From NCBI GenBank assembly GCA_039630545.1, contig JBCNUU010000004.1:64705-128704 (forward strand): a stretch of DNA of 64,000 bases, written 5' to 3'. The notes below the pieces were generated by a model. It saw only the letters and a list, made by a program, of their open reading frames with translations, did not search any database and was not told the DNA's origin. Positions 62,301 to 64,000 of this stretch are shown one piece after another. Position 1 is the stretch's first letter. The number at the start of each line of letters is the position of its first letter. Made by a program: the position numbers and the translations under genes. Source of the stretch: Endomicrobiia bacterium. GTDB taxonomy: Bacteria > Elusimicrobiota > Endomicrobiia > DTEH01.

Positions 62301-64000
62301 ACTACCAGTGCGCGTAATTTTGAATCCATTAAGGTAAGCAGTATATTCTTTTGTTCTTATTTTTATTCTCAACATTCCGGCATTAGGTTGTCCTTGATAT
62401 ACAAAAGTAGACCTTCTTGTCTCCACAGAAGCCGCGATGTCTTCTACTAAACAATACACCTTTGCTTCTTCTCTCTTTATAGCTGAAGTGTCTGTAAATA
62501 TTCTGAAGTTATTTGCTGCTACACGTGCTACACCAACAGTAGTAAGATAGTTATGATTGTTAATTTCTAATCCGAGATATGTACCGTGCTGTGCAACTGT
62601 AGAGATTCTTACACATAAGAAATAATTCTTTGAAACATTTGAAATAAATTCACTCATCCCTGTAAAGTTCCAGGCATTAGATACTGGATCATATACACCA
62701 ACTTTCACAAGTGGATCTGGAGAAGTTCCACCAAGTACCGCTTCACCTTGGAATTTACCATCACCATTAGCATCATAATAAAGACCTATCCATACATCCT
62801 GTGCCAAGGCTGTTCCCTTTTTGTCAACTCTAAGTTGTGTCCAGGTAGCTGATTCTGCAACCTGCTGTGGTAGCACTCTTAAGTTTAATCTTAACATTGG
62901 AACGGGTGCTGGTTTTTCATAGGTGTTACCATCGCCCTGGAAAAGTGCTGTTTTACCTTGATAAATTGTTCCTTCAAGTAATTCTTGTTTTTTAGTATAG
63001 CTATCATCGCAAGTGGATTCAGAATTATCAGCATCACCATATGCAACAGGTGCGAGGTCTGCTGGCTCAACCACAATACCACAGGTAACAACATCATCAT
63101 CAGAATGTACAGGAACTTCTCTTAATATATCTCCTGTATAACCATAAATTTTATCAGGATCTTCGTCTGGCAAATTAATTGTTGCGTAGTCAGTAACAAA
63201 CACTTTAAGTGTTTCCTGGATTTGATCAATAACTTGTAATCTATTATATACACCAGCATCTGTCTTTACAAAAGTATAGTAAGTTGTTAGACTTATAGCA
63301 TCTTTTAATATAACCTTTTCTGGATTACCTGAGTGAGTAAACACGATTGTGCCTTCGTACCACTGCCCATTTATATAATCACCAGCTGCAACATTGCCGT
63401 ATCTATCTCTTGCTTTTACTGTTAAAAGACCAGGTTCATGGACTCTTAACGGATTAGCAATTGTAAACGGATGATGAATTGTAAAATACTCAATAGGTGC
63501 CGGTGTGATATAATGCGTTTGATACATAGGAATTAATGTTCTTCCTGAAGAAGTTCTTCCTGAAATTTTCATAGTATGCGAACCAACTATAGTATCAAAA
63601 TAATAGAAAGTTCCAGAATCACTACCAGCTGGTATTAATACTGGTAACAAATTACCACCACCTGTCATCAATGTCCATCCAGCACCATCTAGGTCTTGAG
63701 TTGGGTCAACAGAACCATATGCTTGTGGTGAATCAATTACTTCAACAGACAATATGATATTTTCTGTAGATACAGTTACATTTCCAAACTTATCTCTGAT
63801 TTCTACCGTAATTCCTGTAAATAAAGGTTCTCCGTGTTTCTTTATAACCATCTTGCCACCTTTTGCAGAAACAGTAATTGTAGAAATGTCAGTTCCTGTA
63901 CCATCAAATTGTATTGTAGTTCCTGCAATAAGTCGTCTTGGAGGTGTTACAATAGCAGGATAGTGTGGTAAGTTAGGAAGCACCCTATAAGCTCTTCTAC
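56346..64000 (-). CDS. Giant repetitive exported/surface protein, C-terminal >2545 aa (5' end lies outside the window)
   Basis: The frame stays open past the GTG at 63983 to the window edge (..RRAYRVLPNLP). Contains Ig-like repeats, DxDxDG motifs, an FN3 domain and a YPNP...WDG C-terminal domain. Confidence 0.88.
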   Translation of the reverse strand, partial: RRAYRVLPNLPHYPAIVTPPRRLIAGTTIQFDGTGTDISTITVSAKGGKMVIKKHGEPLFTGITVEIRDKFGNVTVSTENIILSVEVIDSPQAYGSVDPTQDLDGAGWTLMTGGGNLLPVLIPAGSDSGTFYYFDTIVGSHTMKISGRTSSGRTLIPMYQTHYITPAPIEYFTIHHPFTIANPLRVHEPGLLTVKARDRYGNVAAGDYINGQWYEGTIVFTHSGNPEKVILKDAISLTTYYTFVKTDAGVYNRLQVIDQIQETLKVFVTDYATINLPDEDPDKIYGYTGDILREVPVHSDDDVVTCGIVVEPADLAPVAYGDADNSESTCDDSYTKKQELLEGTIYQGKTALFQGDGNTYEKPAPVPMLRLNLRVLPQQVAESATWTQLRVDKKGTALAQDVWIGLYYDANGDGKFQGEAVLGGTSPDPLVKVGVYDPVSNAWNFTGMSEFISNVSKNYFLCVRISTVAQHGTYLGLEINNHNYLTTVGVARVAANNFRIFTDTSAIKREEAKVYCLVEDIAASVETRRSTFVYQGQPNAGMLRIKIRTKEYTAYLNGFKITRTGSGTDADIKGVALFIDDNGTGDPKQGDGLFQPALDTRVSDWIAFSTRTAVVYLKQVAEITPSTVTYFVSYKVSDSAYIGKTHGAAIVDSADIRLAEGVVLPIPGYYSSLVTVLATSDEMTLIDYNKNSPNNFSVPGAATQGDKDVVVARLTLQTMQRTAIWTGLKLDRYNPNKVNQPEDIENIKVWFDTNNNGLFDKSSDTLVSPADKKYTFPVTKIAVDVSTTSDVIYVEDVSKLVLSPIIDFSPFPETPGRVVLSDGSDNLEVVYFSGVDRQLNALTGCLRGREGTQPRFHPKGSKVSGQAILWILGNFYELGPYRVGQEIVSEYPKDYFITVDINYLAKVHEASQLGISIRSTDYFKVVEPDYVSNRFGIIGPKPQGKSESGIGSIMEYPDRVTFKLINISTEVVAYLQQGKTNVPIASLIAYTDESEAWWQQINIHGTGSATDNNLLTDEIKYIKIWYDLNNNGSLNPDIDVCIATATFGNVGKPLMSQVVFPVAPKIITTPRAQLEKISQRYFITVDIEENAHPEQTFGIALTTWTDITVSLPNYLDKSSSTIPFETILRTIIPSPRMVTVDAQPLWLNKEGEIIKETIYLNSNIDNTDTFIPLNISAINYKLKEDGYAILNNEIIKYSSVSQEGLSDVQRGVEGSYAVSHASGSLVGFEVVQGQKNVPLLKLVMYCSGFQVQLPSIKFTRTQPSPLNGDDADISYIKVWKDNGDGELNRDPNTGFISPDVEVFLGQAKFGVPPDPASAATVMLNDPLYNRGYALITTTPTIFWVTADISASAKFTHPQISNLNEVFGVAIPLPTNINLAPKEAGHWVSTATSLGNPAFPIVSPVSVIVPTLDTLIVEAEGILPPGVYQNQKNVGVLRLNFKSNKNSVTVKRIKLDMLGTAVDGDIALVKIWKDLNNNGIFDLEDTTRTATGEYPGLLSFGTDRFSDKTVNIELKTPLVIDDSPLGTNIFISFDIAEFARLFAKFSASVEDETYITVEVPDDVSFVVKPIRTAETTIYEAPSEVILRVYDVAKDIANLGGTYQAEKNVPVLRIKMRTDVAQAIWERIRLEKTGSSADPALPYGKNADVGYIKIYKDANFNEQLDSADTLISEIYSELVVEISSDTRPPFFMVIKSSTTPLGSFPENHPQLWVKVNDEIFEYTKIATVAVNGIEYPALYITKRAHLGSYASYHSSGSIVRKCDMYYLNDDLNRQKEITLVQPQLISPTPQTYFIAYDIGENASAGNAVGVKLVGKEAITIKYPNEASSQLEIEQDIQGISIKQDIYPFETSLVRINPVTLKVSAESVAPVQVPQRTQNVPFIMLTIQTDRNYVKIKKIYVTQTGTVQTPGAIGGYGQGDLSGMSVWLDNGDGFFSPALDLFITSVTHPTVDFSAGAARISLPKDGLYVSTSPVRIFIAGNIGKTDLAGTSTKDHYVGVEITSFKSLETIPSTIESHITNRFPLRSSLVLILDEYAPRVMPKWVVLAQKQVYANPFGDGYPAVDVDGDTMPDRVTQAGEVFVDLDEDGTNDLEDLDGDGRKNDIDLVGDGKLSIDMTGDGVLDVDFNCDGKPDSVVPDVNGDGIPEIDLSRDGIIDWGYTPERWTNRTTQLYAQWKHTPEVLDYRVGAGNVANVNNLTEAFAPGGWLSTRRAPKFTITNLSLQAAKVTRLTKSVSRLDTPPFDLFVESTDGFPAEKSDIYVGGEIMYYETKSQNSFRITQRAKYDTPAQDHPAYTKVTNQGTFYRVHGIGQGNTAGPVISLILYRVDVTPPKAPSKPVSDYDRSGRDITEGVYTIEWSPASDEESGIMGYEIQERVDTNPVWRTIRFVAGSRTSFVVGNSDTPDNKPREKGHFYYYRVRAKNYAGSYSNWSEISNGVSTGLPEEVISQVSNYPNPVDIRLGGEEGRTYIVYLLNQDAEVTLTIYDLLGFKVREWTFQPGQEGGKKGANRVPEGGWDGTNQAGQKVSKGGYIAQIKVKSTKGVITAIRKIGVIR
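58005..62940 (-). repeat. Eight diverged protein-level repeats in the giant ORF (approximate bounds)
   Basis: Recurring Q(G)xxNVxxLxL...DIxxVKIWxDxNxNGxF...YFIxxDI pattern. Confidence 0.75.

Noticed and set aside
54928-63100. Alternative-frame minus ORFs 54928..55113 and 62891..63100
   Set aside because: Nested inside dnaJ and the giant ORF, whose main frames are uninterrupted
1789-63963. The many short plus-strand ORFs in the track (e.g. 12950..13333, 17109..17504, 36990..37319)
   Set aside because: All lie antisense to well-supported genes and have the Ile/Phe/Ser-rich composition expected of antisense shadows, with no recognisable motifs
63981-63983. GTG start assigned to the giant ORF
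   Set aside because: The frame is open to the window edge and no signal peptide follows, so the gene starts further upstream
56346-63983. Frequent Ser-Thr dipeptides as a possible glycosylation sequon
   Set aside because: A rough count of about 20 is not clearly above expectation for an S/T-rich 2545-aa protein
1-64000. tRNA, rRNA, CRISPR, IS/prophage or riboswitch elements
   Set aside because: Intergenic gaps are at most ~150 bp and AT-rich; I saw no cloverleaf, repeat-spacer pattern, integrase or transposase

Overview
A gene-dense, AT-rich core-genome segment with 67 protein-coding genes, all on the minus strand. It comes from a diderm (kdsABCD, lpxL-like, lptCAB), probably anaerobic bacterium (four-subunit 2-oxoacid:ferredoxin oxidoreductase plus Rnf). 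An Elusimicrobiota-like lineage is my unverified guess. In transcription order (right to left): the C-terminal >2545 aa of a giant repetitive exported protein; cyclophilin-dnaJ-rsmE-mtaB; acyl-CoA dehydrogenase-ymdB-xseA-zinc-ribbon protein; kdsD-kdsC-lpxL-lptCAB-hpf-ptsN-rapZ-yvcK; a mannose-family PTS interrupted by a GH57 gene, then ptsH-ptsI; lepA-radA-aroC-SGNH-aroK-aroB-pepP-efp-GT4; fdx-porCDAB-rnfCDGEAB; rpsB-tsf-pyrH-frr-uppS-cdsA-dxr-rseP; kdsB-kdsA-(rpoZ-like)-coaC-coaB-udg-degenerate priA-flavin reductase; a frameshifted class V aminotransferase with serA behind a perfect Rex/CRP-type palindrome; an ABC ATPase, a surA-like gene and the start of pdxA. I saw no rRNA, tRNA, CRISPR array or mobile element. 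The best leads are the giant protein (T9SS/FlgD-like tail, eight repeats, four inserted modules, a DxDxDG array), the GH57 gene inside the PTS, the fdx-por-rnf operon, the operator-controlled serA operon, a KdsA with altered specificity motifs, and the efp-glycosyltransferase coupling. All calls are by eye from motifs and synteny; no searches were run.
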